Shown: in pieces, positions 39,401 to 51,083 of the stretch
How the letters are laid out: each line of letters starts with the position of its first letter
Position numbering within the stretch: the stretch's first letter is position 1
Origin: Tubiluchus corallicola
Taxonomy: Eukaryota > Animalia > Priapulida
Reading direction: 5' to 3'
NCBI GenBank assembly: GCA_030141605.1
Contig: JAQGDQ010000030.1
Location: forward strand, 479,171-543,170
Length of the DNA stretch: 64,000 nucleotides
Notes under the pieces: generated by a model
Seen by the model: only the letters and a program-made list of their open reading frames with translations
What the model was told of the DNA's origin: nothing
Database searches by the model: none
Program-made: the position numbers and the translations under genes

Positions 39401-42400
39401 TATCTTTGAGACCTGTGTGTACACTCACAAAATATAAATAAAAATGAATTCCTTGCATTCTATTCCTTAACATTTCCTCCTGCAGCATTCCTCAAATTCC
39501 TTCTAGCATTCAAAGAAATTTTATCTTAGGTGTCACGTAACAGAAAGGAGGATTACAAATAATAATTTTTTGTTTTGCCTATTAAAATATTGATATTGTT
39601 ATTTAATGTCTAAACACACAGATGCGAATGGGCGTCTGTCTCTTAAATTTGATGCGCACCTCTCACCACAGTTATTTCTGATACCTTATGTTTCTCCTTT
39701 CATTTTTAATAATTTTACTGTTCTGGCTTTTTGCATAATTTCTTGACTCTGTTTGCTTTTGAAACTATTGTTGAGTGGTGGATTGATGAATGCTGCAGTT
39801 GTACATTTCTGCAAGTGTCTGGCGACTTGGTAAAAACATCATAAGTTTTTTAGTGTTTTAAGGTCTTCAACATGCGAAGCTTCAAGATTTCGCTGCTAGA
39901 AAATCAAAACTGAGCTCATATTTAGCTGTTAATAACTGATTTAAGTTTTTTTTGTGTTTGTTCACTTTTCCTGAAGTCATATTTGCCCTTCCTTGTTATA
40001 ATTTAACCACCAAATTGGCTATGTTTAAAAATAAAAATAAAAAACTGGGACAGCCCCTTGGTATTATTTCGATCAACTGATACCTTGATTAATGTTTGTC
40101 ACCACTTATCACCGGTTAGGATCCTGTTAGCTAAATGCAGTCTTAACATTCTTTCAGAATGCTCTAGATGTTTTATGTGCTTTGGTCAGAAATTTGCCGA
40201 CTCCATTAACGGATGCAGTAATTTCTGAAGCTTTTCCGGCTGCAGCTAATTGTACCCTAAACAGTGAAGATAATGCTGTATTACAGGTATGCGTTACACT
40301 TTCAAAGGCTGCTGTAGTTATCAAATAAAAAAAAACTTCTGGTTTTTTACATTTATCTTTTACATTGTTATACACTTTTTGGAAGCTTGTCGTTCTACAG
40401 TTTTCTATACAATTACTCTTCAGCAATTATACTTTATATACACGTGTTGCACTGCAGTATAATGTAGCCAGGCATTTATAACTTAACTATCCAATTTTGT
40501 GCTTGAATGAACCGTAGCATTGTGTAACGGGCTTCTTTTCGCATTAATCTCTAGGACATGACAAAATAATTTGTAATTTAATTTATGATTTATGACAAAA
40601 TAATTTATAAAATGTGCTCAGTATTAACAACGAGCTATAAAAATATAGTTTAGTTTAAAAAAGTTGGCAGCCAGGCAGTTATACATTACATTACAGTTCT
40701 GAGTACTTTTTTGCATGAATGAACCTTTCAAGAATGGGACAGAAGTGGTCAGTCTTATCGCTCTTCGTCATCATCGTTGTTGTGGAACAATAAAAAAATT
40801 GCTTTACTGTGCCGTCTGTTTTTTTTTTTGAATATTTATTTGATTTATTATAGAAGTTCACCACTACGCCTTAAAATTGCTTGTAAATTAATTATAATAT
40901 TGTTGGGATTTTTAAAATTGTTACAATTTTTGTTTCTATGGTAACACAGAATAAGTGTCTTCATCTCGTCAAAGTAATGCAACTTGACGGGAATTTAGTT
41001 TTTTTGTTTTTGTTTTTTGCCTAGATGTTTTATAAGAAAATGAGAAATAAAAGTATATATTTTATTGACATAACCATGCATTGAAACCTGCGTGCACATT
41101 CATTTTGGAGATGCGGCAGAAAATCCTAAAATGAGTCTAAGTTGTTCAAGTAAAACTAGTTTAGTAAACCCGCACATCGAACTGCCTACATGTAGATGCC
41201 CGTTCACTAAACCTACATTTTCATTTTGAAGAAACCGGTCTGAGTAAAACGCAATGCATGTAATCTATATAGTGGACAAGTCTATAAGCAGTATCCATTA
41301 ACGAGCTGTGGTTATATTTGAGGATTGCAGCTATCTGTATTCTTGATTGTATTGTATTGAAGACTCTTGACTATAGCTCTGTCAGTGTGCCAAAATTCAG
41401 CTGTGTAGTTGCAGTAGCTGATGTATACACATGCGCACGCACACACACTTTGTAATCTTTTATAATAGTAGGATTTTATTCAGATAAGTAAGCATCTCTG
41501 TTACATCTTAGAGTTGTTTTTTATTAAAGTCATTGGATGTGGAAACATGTTTCTTTTTGGTAAACTGTCAGTCGTACTACATGCATGGAAGTTTTAAATT
41601 TTAACAGTATTATCAGAATGTATTTTGTTTGTGGATTTGCAAACACTGATAAAGTTTGATATAGATACAGCCTTGTATCTCTTAAACCCGAATTTTATGT
41701 AATTTGAATGTTTTGTGTTGTAGAGTGGAGGGGAATGTCTGCGCGCTTACGTTTCAGTTGCTTGTGATCAAATTAGTCAGTGGCAGGATGATCAGAATCG
41801 CAATGGTCTTTGGTACGTTGTACAAGTGACGAATCAAATGCTAGATCCGCGTGTATCCGAATTCACAGCTGCATTCGTTGGCAAGCTGGTTTCCACTTTA
41901 ATAACAAAGGTACCTAGTTGCTTTATGAACATTTTGGGCAAACAGCACTAAAAACTTGGCTCGGAATTTTTGATTTTTGCATGTCTAGGCCTTAATTACA
42001 GTATTGTATTAAACTCATTTGAAAGCATGCAACGTTAAACAACTCAAAAAATAGGTGAGCTGTGTCACTACAAGGTGTGACAGGTATTCATTTGATTAAA
42101 ATTCGTGTGGCCCAAAGCATTATTGGTACAACATAGTGATCCACTAGCAAGTTTTGACATTTCGCCTGGCGAATGTATTTAACGAGATCTCGTGTGCGCT
42201 CACCATAGATAATCATTAGGTTATTCTAGATTCTTGTACCGCAATTATATACAAAACGCCGCAAAGTCATTGCCACGTTAAAACTTTGGGCTAAAACATT
42301 ACATGCTGTAAGTTCTCAGGTGTTGAGCTGAAATCTTTAAACAGTGTTGTTGGGAGAGTGCATGAATATTTGTGTTGGAAATTCGACGAGGTTGATATTT

Positions 42401-45400
42401 TCAGTTGTCATGTTAATTTTTGACATCTAATAAGCCTGTCCAACATTAGTCGGTATTTTCCTTTTTTTAATAAAAATCGTTTGTAGTGTAAAATGATTCA
42501 CCATCAAAAACATGCAAAAGTTGTTACTTTTTAGCATGTTGCTGTGATTTCTGATCGCTGGAAGTCCGATAAAAATAGTGAAAACTGCCATCTTGTTTTT
42601 AGGTATAAATTTTATTCTCTATTAAATGTGGAAAGCAGGTGTTTCACTTAAAATGTAAAATAGTTTAATTGTGGTAAAACAGTGAAAAAGTCACCTTTTC
42701 AAGTTTGAACTCATGTTCCAGGTGGGCCGTGCACTTGGTGATAATCTGGACCTGATGTTGAGAGCCGTCCTCAGCAAGATGCAGCAAGCTGAAACTCTTA
42801 GTGTCTTACAAGTAAACCTTCTGGACATTTATTTTCCTGATGCTAACACTCTGCACAGTCAGATCCTAAGTTTGACATTCATTACAATTGACATTACATT
42901 GTCAGTTTAGTACTATAACGATAATGAATATCAAACTTATTAGTGATTTAATGAATGACCAAATTATGTGTAAATGCTTTTATCTGCATCTATGAACAAT
43001 GTTATTTACCTGCAGAATTATTTCAAGAGAATTAGCTTGATTTAATAGCTCACGATTTGTAGTCAAACTGTGTTGCTAGGGTTTTGATTTGATATTGCCT
43101 GCATTATCACTTGGGTAAAGTTACTCGCTTCCAAAATATTCCAAGCCAATGGATAGTAAAATGATGATTATACTTGTAAAGCCAGCTAAGGCACAGTGTG
43201 GCCTATTCAAAACTGCCAATATTCTTTGTTCTTTGAAGTCACACAGTTGATAAGACAGCACCCACAAGAATTGAATTGATTTGAATAAGCCTTTTCACAG
43301 TTTCATTGTGCGCAGTTGCTGTTGGTCGAAGGTTAAGTGTACCACAGCAACATATCCAAACTACTACAACCATCACGTGACGTGGATAATGCAAGGCCAT
43401 CTGCCACATCAGTTCAGTAACTTCAATTGTGTTATGTGGAGTTTACTTAATTGTGCATTAGTCTGTATGTAGAGTCATTTATTGGTAGGATCTTGCTTGC
43501 GAACAAGAAAAATGAACTTTGTGAAGTTCTAGCTAGCTGTTTAAAACTGTTACTATTACAATAACATGGGTTGCAAGGTGTTGTCAACTGTACATAGAGT
43601 GCTCAGACCAAAAAGATAAACTTGTAAAGGCTTAAACAGAAGGCAAAACGAAAGGAAAGATATAGAATGTGTAAAATAAAATGAAAAAGGAAAATGAAAT
43701 ACTAGGGTGATAGAAAGGGCAAGGAAATGACAATGAAAAGCAAATGTGATGACGACGAAAATGAAGATTAGATTAACATGAGACTGTAAACAAGAAACAG
43801 TTCAGTCAGCTGAGCGATTTCAAAACACCACATTAGAAAGCTTGATACTAAAATTTGGTACTAATATGTCTTCTTTATTTACATAACAGAGTTTAGTCAT
43901 GGTGTTTGCCCATCTTGTTCATACACAGTTGGATGCTGTACTGAGTTTTCTCACTACAATGCCTGGTCCTACAGGAAACTCTGCATTAGAGTTTGTTCTC
44001 ACTGAGTGGCTTTCTAGACATCATTTATTCTATGGTGCTTATGAGACAAAAGTTAGGTAGGTAAATGTGACGGTGGCACTATTTTATTTCTTCTTATTTT
44101 TGTGTGTTTAACTTAACTTTTCAGAATGAGATTGATTTTTGCCATGATCACAGCTTATTATCAGTGATGGTAAAGTAACAACTGCTTAAATTGGTGTAAA
44201 TTGAACAATGCACAGATCTAAGTCACTCTACTTTTGTCAAAATCATCACTTGTCATTGTTGTGAAAATGTATTATATCATTTAATATTAAATGAATTATC
44301 AACATAACTATCTTTTCGTTAATTATTCCTAACATGTAGTTATTTCTAATATGAAGACACTCGTGGCATGGAAATTCAGAAAATTGTTTGTGTTCATTAA
44401 TTATATTATAACTTTGAGCGCCAGAACTTAATAAACCATCTCAATTTATTTCACAACAACTATTAATCATGCAGCTAATGAGTTGAAAAAAGGTAACGCT
44501 AGAAATTGTGAACCAGTCGGAAGTTGAACCCAAGATCTTGGAATTAGAACTCGCATGCTCTGCCATCATCTGTCAATTGTACTGGTTCAGTACGACAGAG
44601 CGGGCCCAACTTCTCATTCCTGCAGCACACAATCCAACAGAGCCACTTATAACTATGTGACAGTAGGGAGATACTTATGAAGAGTTGATACTATAAGGAT
44701 TGATTTCTATTGTGCACTTTTCAGTCGGTGTAGGCCCACCCATTTGAAAAGTAACTGAAAATTACCTTTTTATTTAATAACTGCAGAAGCTTACAATTAA
44801 TACCAATAATGACTGTAACGGGTGTTATCTAAAATTACTGTTATTTTTAGGGTAGTAATTCTATATACTGTATTTGTTTTCATTTGACAAAATTGAGCAA
44901 AAAAGCAACATTTGTGATTTGTTATAACATTGCTTAACTACAACAACGTTTTTAGACAGTCGTGATCTACAGCCATTGAAAATGAAACAATGTTATTATC
45001 ATCACGTCTGTATTGGAAAGTCTCGTAATTGAAAGTTCGTAGTCTCGTAGGTTTAATATGTTTTGCTGATAAAAAATTGCAGACATGCCTGCTCACCGAG
45101 TTTCTGTGCCTACTTGAATACACTAAAATCAATGGCCTGTTTTATTGCTTTGTATCCGAAATGAAATCAATTTTAAAAAAATTAGATCATGTAGGTATGA
45201 GCTGCATGTCGCAGTAGATTATTATTAATGACCGCTTCTTGTAAATAGAATAATTTTTATGTGTTGTATAGCAAGCTTAAAGTAATCACTAGTATTGGTT
45301 GTTATCATCACTGCATTGAGTTTTGTTGTGATAATTAAAAGACCCTGTCAGCTGCGTAATTATATTAACACTGCGATAGTTTGATTCGTGAATTGTTTGT

Positions 45401-46747
45401 AGTCTGTGTGCACAGCTTATTAGAAATCAAAAGCTGATTTCCTAATAAAAATATTTATTTAATTTTCAGTACAATAGCCCTGTGCAAGTTAATCCAGTAT
45501 GGCATTCAACACAATGATCTGAGATTTCAAGACATGCATGTCAAAGGAGATGAAGTCTTTTCTCCATCTTCCGGAGTGAAGACACGTTCAAAAGCTGCTG
45601 CAGGTAATTCTCTACATATTTTAACAGTGCTTAATAGTATGAGGATGCGCTAGTATACTTGGCAAGTGTTCTCCTCCTTCACCCATTTAGGTGTAATATT
45701 ATCAAATTTTCTGATCACATGAATTTAGCACACATGCTTTACAATGTTTCATCAGATTTATAGATGATAAAGTAAAGCCTTACATTTTTTCATTTTCAGA
45801 GTGAAAACTTCAAAACAGTAATAAAAAGAACCGTGCAATCTAAACAGTTTGCAATCTAATAAATACCTTGTAGGTTTTAAAAGAAATCTAGTCATGCTGC
45901 AAAGTGCTTGATTTAACATGGTGTTGCTGTATTTTGTAATATATCCATTATAATGAACCTTCTACAATGACTTTATTACTTTTTTTCTAGAAATGTGGAT
46001 TTCTTGTAAGTTTTTGCTTGAATTTTGGCATACTCGTGGCTAACATTGTAACTTGATGTCTTTTCAGCTCCTCAGCAGTGGACTATGGTGCCGGTCTTAG
46101 TCAAAATGTACAAGCTGATAGTGAATGAGTTATCAAATCAAATTGAAATTAGCATGAGCAAAGCCAATCAAGATGGAGGTGATGATGAGGTCAGTGATTA
46201 GATTGTACAGTCGAATTCTGGTAATACGATTTGCCTTATGTCGTAACATTCAGTAGTATGATGATTTTGATCTGCCTCTGCCAAGGTTGTAATAAACGCT
46301 ATGTAGTCACTTATGGTTAATACGAAATTCGTTACTACCAAACTGCGTTTTACACGATTTTTCAAAGTCTCGCCAATATGAGTGTAATATAAAAAACACT
46401 TGTAATATGATTACTCCTGTGGCCCACCACATCTAGACACTCTTCACCCATTGCTAATGGTGCCCATAGCTTAGTTCATTTATTACAACTCATTATTTGA
46501 CATACGTCATAATATAATACATGTATGTACAGTATGCATGCATAGTTAAGCTTACTGTTGATTTAGTCAATCAGCTGGATAGATTTAAACACACCCAGTA
46601 AATTTATTGATTTCCGAAAAAACTTCACCTACCCACTTTAATAAAATTTGCCTATTGTTTAAGTCACTTATGTATTTGATACTGCCGTCTGTTTATGGGT
46701 ATCGAGTTATAATACCAAAGCAGCAGAAAGCGACATACCACAAACTC

Positions 46748-46787
<40 letters not shown>

Positions 46788-49700
46788 AGGGAGAGAGAGA
46801 GAGAGAGGAGGGAGGGAGAGAGAGAGGGAGAGGAAGAGGGGGAGGGGGATTATTATTATTATAATTCTTTATTTGAAATTTAAAGGTACACACATATACA
46901 TTATGTACATATATGCAATATGCAGACCCTCTATTTGCAAGGTATTTGTGATTTTATATTAATTTGATATCAATGTAATAGTAAAGTTAATTACCATTTA
47001 CAATTATCACAAGTAAACGGTAATTAAAATACTATTATTTATAAAATTTATTAAATACTATTACATTGGTAAAAGTTTCATATACTAATAAATAATTAAC
47101 TTCAAACATCAAATTTATATAAAATCACAAATAAAATCAAGTGGCACCAGTTTACACATACCTACTTGTATGAATTTTAACATGACTAGAAATAGCAACT
47201 ACATGTACATTTAAATACTTGCAAATTGTCACAGTCACTGATCAGGAAAAATATGGAAAAATATACAAAGTTCTCTAATTCGGCAAAATTTTTATCCAGA
47301 GTCACAGAAATAAAACAGTAATTATGTTTAGCAAAATATATTGAACCGGGAATAGCACGTATGGATATTAGTTCAGTTTTGCAAAGTTTAATAATTTACA
47401 CTAACTAAAGTTTGCAAAAATCTGTCACGCACTAACTCGCTAAAAGCAATTAGCAGGTTTACATCACAAGTGGCGTAAATTTTGCTAATGTCCTGAGATT
47501 GCAGGATGTTTGTGAATGTTACCCTTTTATTTTCGTCTACTAGAGTGCAGTCAAAAAGGAAATGTTCAGCTGTTTGTGCATCGACTAAACATATACATAC
47601 ATTTTCATTTAGATACCCAAGTCTAAACAGAAAACCTTTAAAGTTACCTTGTCCTAGTAACATGTCACAAGTCAGACTTTCCAGAGGTTTACTACCCGTG
47701 GCAAAAGAAATATCTAGCAGATTAAAAACACATTTTCAGAAAGAAAATATAATTCCTGGCATTGGTAGTGAGTTTGGCATCGATTTATCCAAAGATCTAA
47801 TATAAAGTACTCAATAATCCTGTTTTTGGTGCTCCAGGATATTCAACGTTATATTACTGTAATCAACAGAGTGTGCATTATAATATTTGCAGAATTTTAG
47901 ATTATTGCATTCAGATTGCATTGTAATTCAACGTCTGAACAAAATTTCACCTTAACAATTGGCATATTGGTTCCTTTCTTCTCTTTAAATTGCTCTACTT
48001 CAATTGCTGGGAAGTTCTGTTCAATTTCTGTCTATTTCGTCTTCATTCAAGTTTAGGTCACAGTCCTTGCTCACCCTATTAGAGTACTTATTTGGTTTTC
48101 TGAGTTTAGTGTCGGTACTCATATTAGTTAGGCTCCATGAGCTGATTATTTCGTCTGCAGTTTCTGAATCTTTTAGCTGAAAATGTTTCCTCTAGCGGTT
48201 CTGTAGGCTATTTCAAATCTTACATTGATTTGAGAAATATTTACACAGATTTGTTTTAATTGATGCTAACCCTAACTATAGCCCTCTTGCTTTCAGGCTT
48301 GTCTCTAGACTCACTGGTAGCGTATTGTCTGTTAGGTTTTACTTGTAGGAAATGTGGGTTAAACAAGCTTAAATTATGTTCCCTGATCAAAAGAAAACCA
48401 ATGTAGAGACTACAGGTGTCAGTTAATTGCTGTTTTACAATAGAAAGAACATATTAGGAGCTAGGAATAATGTGCAAAATGGATAGTACGAAACACGCTT
48501 AATACAAAAAATATTTTGGTCCCGTGGAAATCACATTACTGTTTATGCATGAATGCATTGTATTCTAATTGTGTATATTATGTTACATTACTGTTACAAC
48601 GAAGTTTGTCTTGTCTTGTGTACAAGGATGGGTGATCTAAACTAACAAAATTGCAGTATGTCTGAAACTAAGAGAAAGTATTAAACTCATGCAGCTTTTC
48701 GCACATCAGCTGGAAATGTTCTCTTCGATAATATAAAGCCTCCTGAAGAGGTGTCTCACAGAAACTGTAATCTGGTCACTTGAGTAAAACGAAAATTTTG
48801 ATTGCATGGAGTTCCCATTTTCCCATTCTACACAGTTAAACCATTGCGTTTTGTATGAATCTACTGATCATAGAAGATTGTCATTTGTTCTGAATTTCTG
48901 TTTGCAACATTGCTGTTTCCTGTTTTTGTTCTATGAATTGGTTAGCTTTTTAGAAAAATAAGATATATGTATAACATACCTGACACTTGATTTTTGTTGT
49001 ATATGTAATTGATTTAACACATATACATGAATGCCGTTAGGATTGGGAGGGAGAAGAGGATGAGGAGGATGAGGATGACGAGGAAGGTCACAGTGCTTCT
49101 AGGGACAGACAAGAAACATTGCAAGACCTTTTACGCGGATCTGATTACATGGGATTTGACCCGGAATGTGGTGATGGCGATGACGATGAGGATGATGCAG
49201 AGGCACTTCAGGATCCGATCTATCAGGTAGCATTTGATGGAAAGATGCCATTTGCTCCAGATTCTTAATTATATATGCTAAGCATTTTTAAATGTCAAGA
49301 GTTCTCACAATCGTTTGCTTGATCTATGTTTATTGGAAAGATATATGTCAGCTAGTACTGAAGACTCGCTGGAAAAATGGGCGGTATGAAATTTTCAGGA
49401 GTAATTATTAAGACACATATACTTTAATTAATTATTTGCTAAACCCATAAATGTAACATTAAGAATGTTAAATTTATATTGCATTTGCTTTGTATTTACC
49501 CAATTCTTAATTAATCATTAACCGCCAAAAAACCAGCTTACATGATCCACCTAGATATGGATCTGGCTAGGTAGTTAGGGGTAGAAATTATAAAATATAA
49601 CTATCTTATGTTATACAAATATTTTTTTTTACCTTTTCATGCTACTCACTAGAATGACTTAGTAAATGACCAGTTTTATTTGTATGATTTAAGTTATGAT

Positions 49701-51083
49701 GCCAATGTTCATTTATAGACGCCATAAATCAATTGCTACTGTTACCTTGATTAGGGTAAACCGATCTTGAAAAGTTATGTCATATCGTTTATCGAAAAAA
49801 AGTTGATAGTAAACAGTGAATGCGGCACAACAGCCGACATTTTGCATTCTCAATACACCATCGGTACACAAGTTCTGTCAATGCACAAATGCGTGGCGGG
49901 TCTGCAGTCGCTCATACACAGCGAAATAAATCAATGAGAACTCGAGCTAGTAAACAATTATATTATCACAGTTTTGCTTAAACACTGTTTTTATCTATTT
50001 TACAAAATAATTTGAACAGCTTTTGAAAAAATTAGGGCTGCTTAAAATACTTAATACTTTTCTACATAACATTAACCATTAAATGCAAATGCAGTTTTAG
50101 TAATCAGAACAATTTTACACTGTTCATCACTAACTTAAAACATTATAGAGTTTATAATTCTTTTTCAACTGAAATTACAAGAATTTTGTTAAAAAAATTC
50201 GATTCGGTTTTGGCTCGGTTGAGCTTCGGTTCGGTGGCACCCAAGCATAAAACATTGGCTATGATTTGGTTTACGAAAATGTACATTTGGCACACACTGC
50301 ACACCTACGTGTTACAGGTGATAATCCTACAGCAGTACAGTTACCAGTAATGGCATTTTATTGTAATTGATGGTACGTCATTTTGACAGCGAGCTGTATG
50401 AATGCTCTGGCTGTTACACAAATCATGGAACAGTACAGTTATGAAACTAAATGTTCCTGTTTATGTCATATAAATGAACAGCTTCATGCAGCAAAATTAG
50501 TAAAACGGCAATATTTAGTTGAGATCACAGTAAGGCCAAAATTTTGTAGTCAAACTTAAAACATTAACCAAACTTGAGATTGTATTTGAAAAACAACGAA
50601 ACTTAGGTATTTTGTTCATACGAAAGTATGTAAAAGTGACGTTACTGCTTGAAACCGAGATCTTTACTGAGGCATGCTTTAGAACAAAAGCCTAACTTCG
50701 ATATCAGCATCAAAAAGAAATATTTTTAATCTTGCAGGCAACATCAGCTTCAACATGTTTTTTAAAAAAGGCAGTTTGTGGTCCCTTTTACTGGGATCTT
50801 GCTTGGAGATTTTCTTGTTCTTGTCAATGAGCTTAACTTTAACATAAAAATAACCTGAATGCAAAATTCATCTTTGTTTTTTCAAATACATTTTGCTTTT
50901 GACTGATACAGAATATGTTTCATCGTGTAATTGTAATTTTCTCTCATTATCCAGGTGAATCTGCAAAACTACCTGACAGACTTTCTGCAGCAGTTGAGCC
51001 AACAGCCATATTACGTCACATTTAGTCAACACCACAGCGACTCAGAGCGGAAAGTGCTTTCAACCATTGGTATCAATGCGTAA
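21416..51083 (+). CDS. IPO9: Importin-9; 24 exons, about 1043 aa
   Basis: Exons: 21416-21563, 22806-22954, 23648-23849, 25278-25366, 26028-26231, 26660-26760, 26894-26952, 27749-27900, 29606-29704, 31467-31576, 31701-31840, 32763-32841, 34169-34249, 34724-34871, 35423-35501, 37123-37271, 40158-40286, 41724-41909, 42722-42811, 43890-44056, 45470-45603, 46068-46189, 49041-49226, 50955-51083 (3132 nt, phases consistent). Motifs [70 protein letters not shown], plus an acidic C-terminal loop. Confidence 0.96.
22008..22020 (+). repeat. poly-G run (13 nt)
   Basis: Directly visible in IPO9 intron 1. Confidence 0.9.
26761..26893 (+). other. U12-type (minor spliceosome) GT-AG intron, IPO9 intron 6
   Basis: 5' site AT|GTATCTTTT; branch-like TTCCTTTGAC at 26872-26881 with the A 13 nt before the intron end; 133 nt, phase 2. 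Confidence 0.8.
27209..27662. mobile_element. Kolobok-like MITE in IPO9 intron 7
   Basis: TTAA|AGGCATATATAATCCC ... GGGTTTAGTTTGACT|TTAA; TTAA flanks with AG...CT termini; CpG-richer interior. Confidence 0.45.
30087..30566. mobile_element. Degenerate Harbinger-like MITE in IPO9 intron 9
   Basis: Inverted ends GAGCGTTCAGACTAGAGAG and CTCGCTAAGTCTGAATGCGCC. Confidence 0.4.
33361..33883 (+). mobile_element. hAT Charlie/SPIN (GTF2IRD2-like) transposon relic with a transposase pseudo-fragment
   Basis: Left end CAGGCGGCTCAAACATAGGG with duplicated subterminal ATGTAG(T/C)CCAC. 33665-33883 reads [26 protein letters not shown]...[12 protein letters not shown]...VGLVNRLKK, which matches the [28 protein letters not shown] segment of this family. 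Confidence 0.8.
35769..36452. mobile_element. hAT-like MITE in IPO9 intron 15
   Basis: TAGGGATGTTAATGATAACGAT ... ATCGTTATCACATCACTA with many subterminal ATCG/CGAT repeats; TSD not preserved. Confidence 0.6.
38390..39070. mobile_element. piggyBac-type MITE (681 bp) in IPO9 intron 16
   Basis: Perfect 13-bp TIRs CTCCTTCAGGACC / GGTCCTGAAGGAG, flanked on both sides by TTAA (38386-38389, 39071-39074). Confidence 0.88.
44509..44589 (-). pseudogene. tRNA-derived relic (SINE head or tRNA pseudogene)
   Basis: Minus strand: terminal pairing TGAACCAGT/ACTGGTTCA, A-box-like TGGCAGAGC, B-box-like GGTTCAACTTCC; anticodon stem does not pair. Confidence 0.5.
46751..46848. repeat. (GA)n / (GGA)n purine microsatellite
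   Basis: Directly visible; abuts the LINE tail. Confidence 0.95.
46849..48330 (-). mobile_element. 5'-truncated non-LTR retrotransposon (R1-like ORF2 C-terminus, 3' UTR and tail)
   Basis: ORF 47663-47388 [15 protein letters not shown]...CIC...[10 protein letters not shown] resembles the LTGHG..CxC..ETxxHxLxxC zinc knuckle. AATAAA on minus at 46868-46873 is followed by an (AAT)n tail; upstream frame is broken. Confidence 0.75.
49752..50299. mobile_element. Degenerate hAT-like MITE in IPO9 intron 23
   Basis: TAGGGTAAACCGA start and clustered TTCGGT repeats at 50198-50235; ends uncertain. Confidence 0.4.

Larger units (their letters stand above)
46208..48541. mobile_element. Tc1/pogo-like non-autonomous element, apparently interrupted by a LINE
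   Basis: TA|CAGTCGAATTCTGGTAATACG left end with AATACGA-type subterminal repeats; degenerate right end ...GGTCCCGTGGAAATCACATTACTG. Confidence 0.45.

Noticed and set aside
40141-40157. TCTTAAC U12-like branch before IPO9 exon 17
   Set aside because: The paired donor is canonical U2 (GTAAGT).
43746-43813. GTGATGA...CTGA located 76 nt before a 3' splice site (snoRNA-like position)
   Set aside because: No terminal stem, poor internal boxes and no recognisable rRNA guide; lies in low-complexity purine-rich sequence.
44545-44551. CTA at the anticodon-like position of the tRNA relic (amber suppressor idea)
   Set aside because: Anticodon and D stems do not pair; not a functional tRNA.
46607-46864. 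ORF with ER/GR repeats
   Set aside because: Translation of a GA microsatellite.
49027-49230. MR-rich ORF
   Set aside because: Wrong frame of the acidic IPO9 exon 23.
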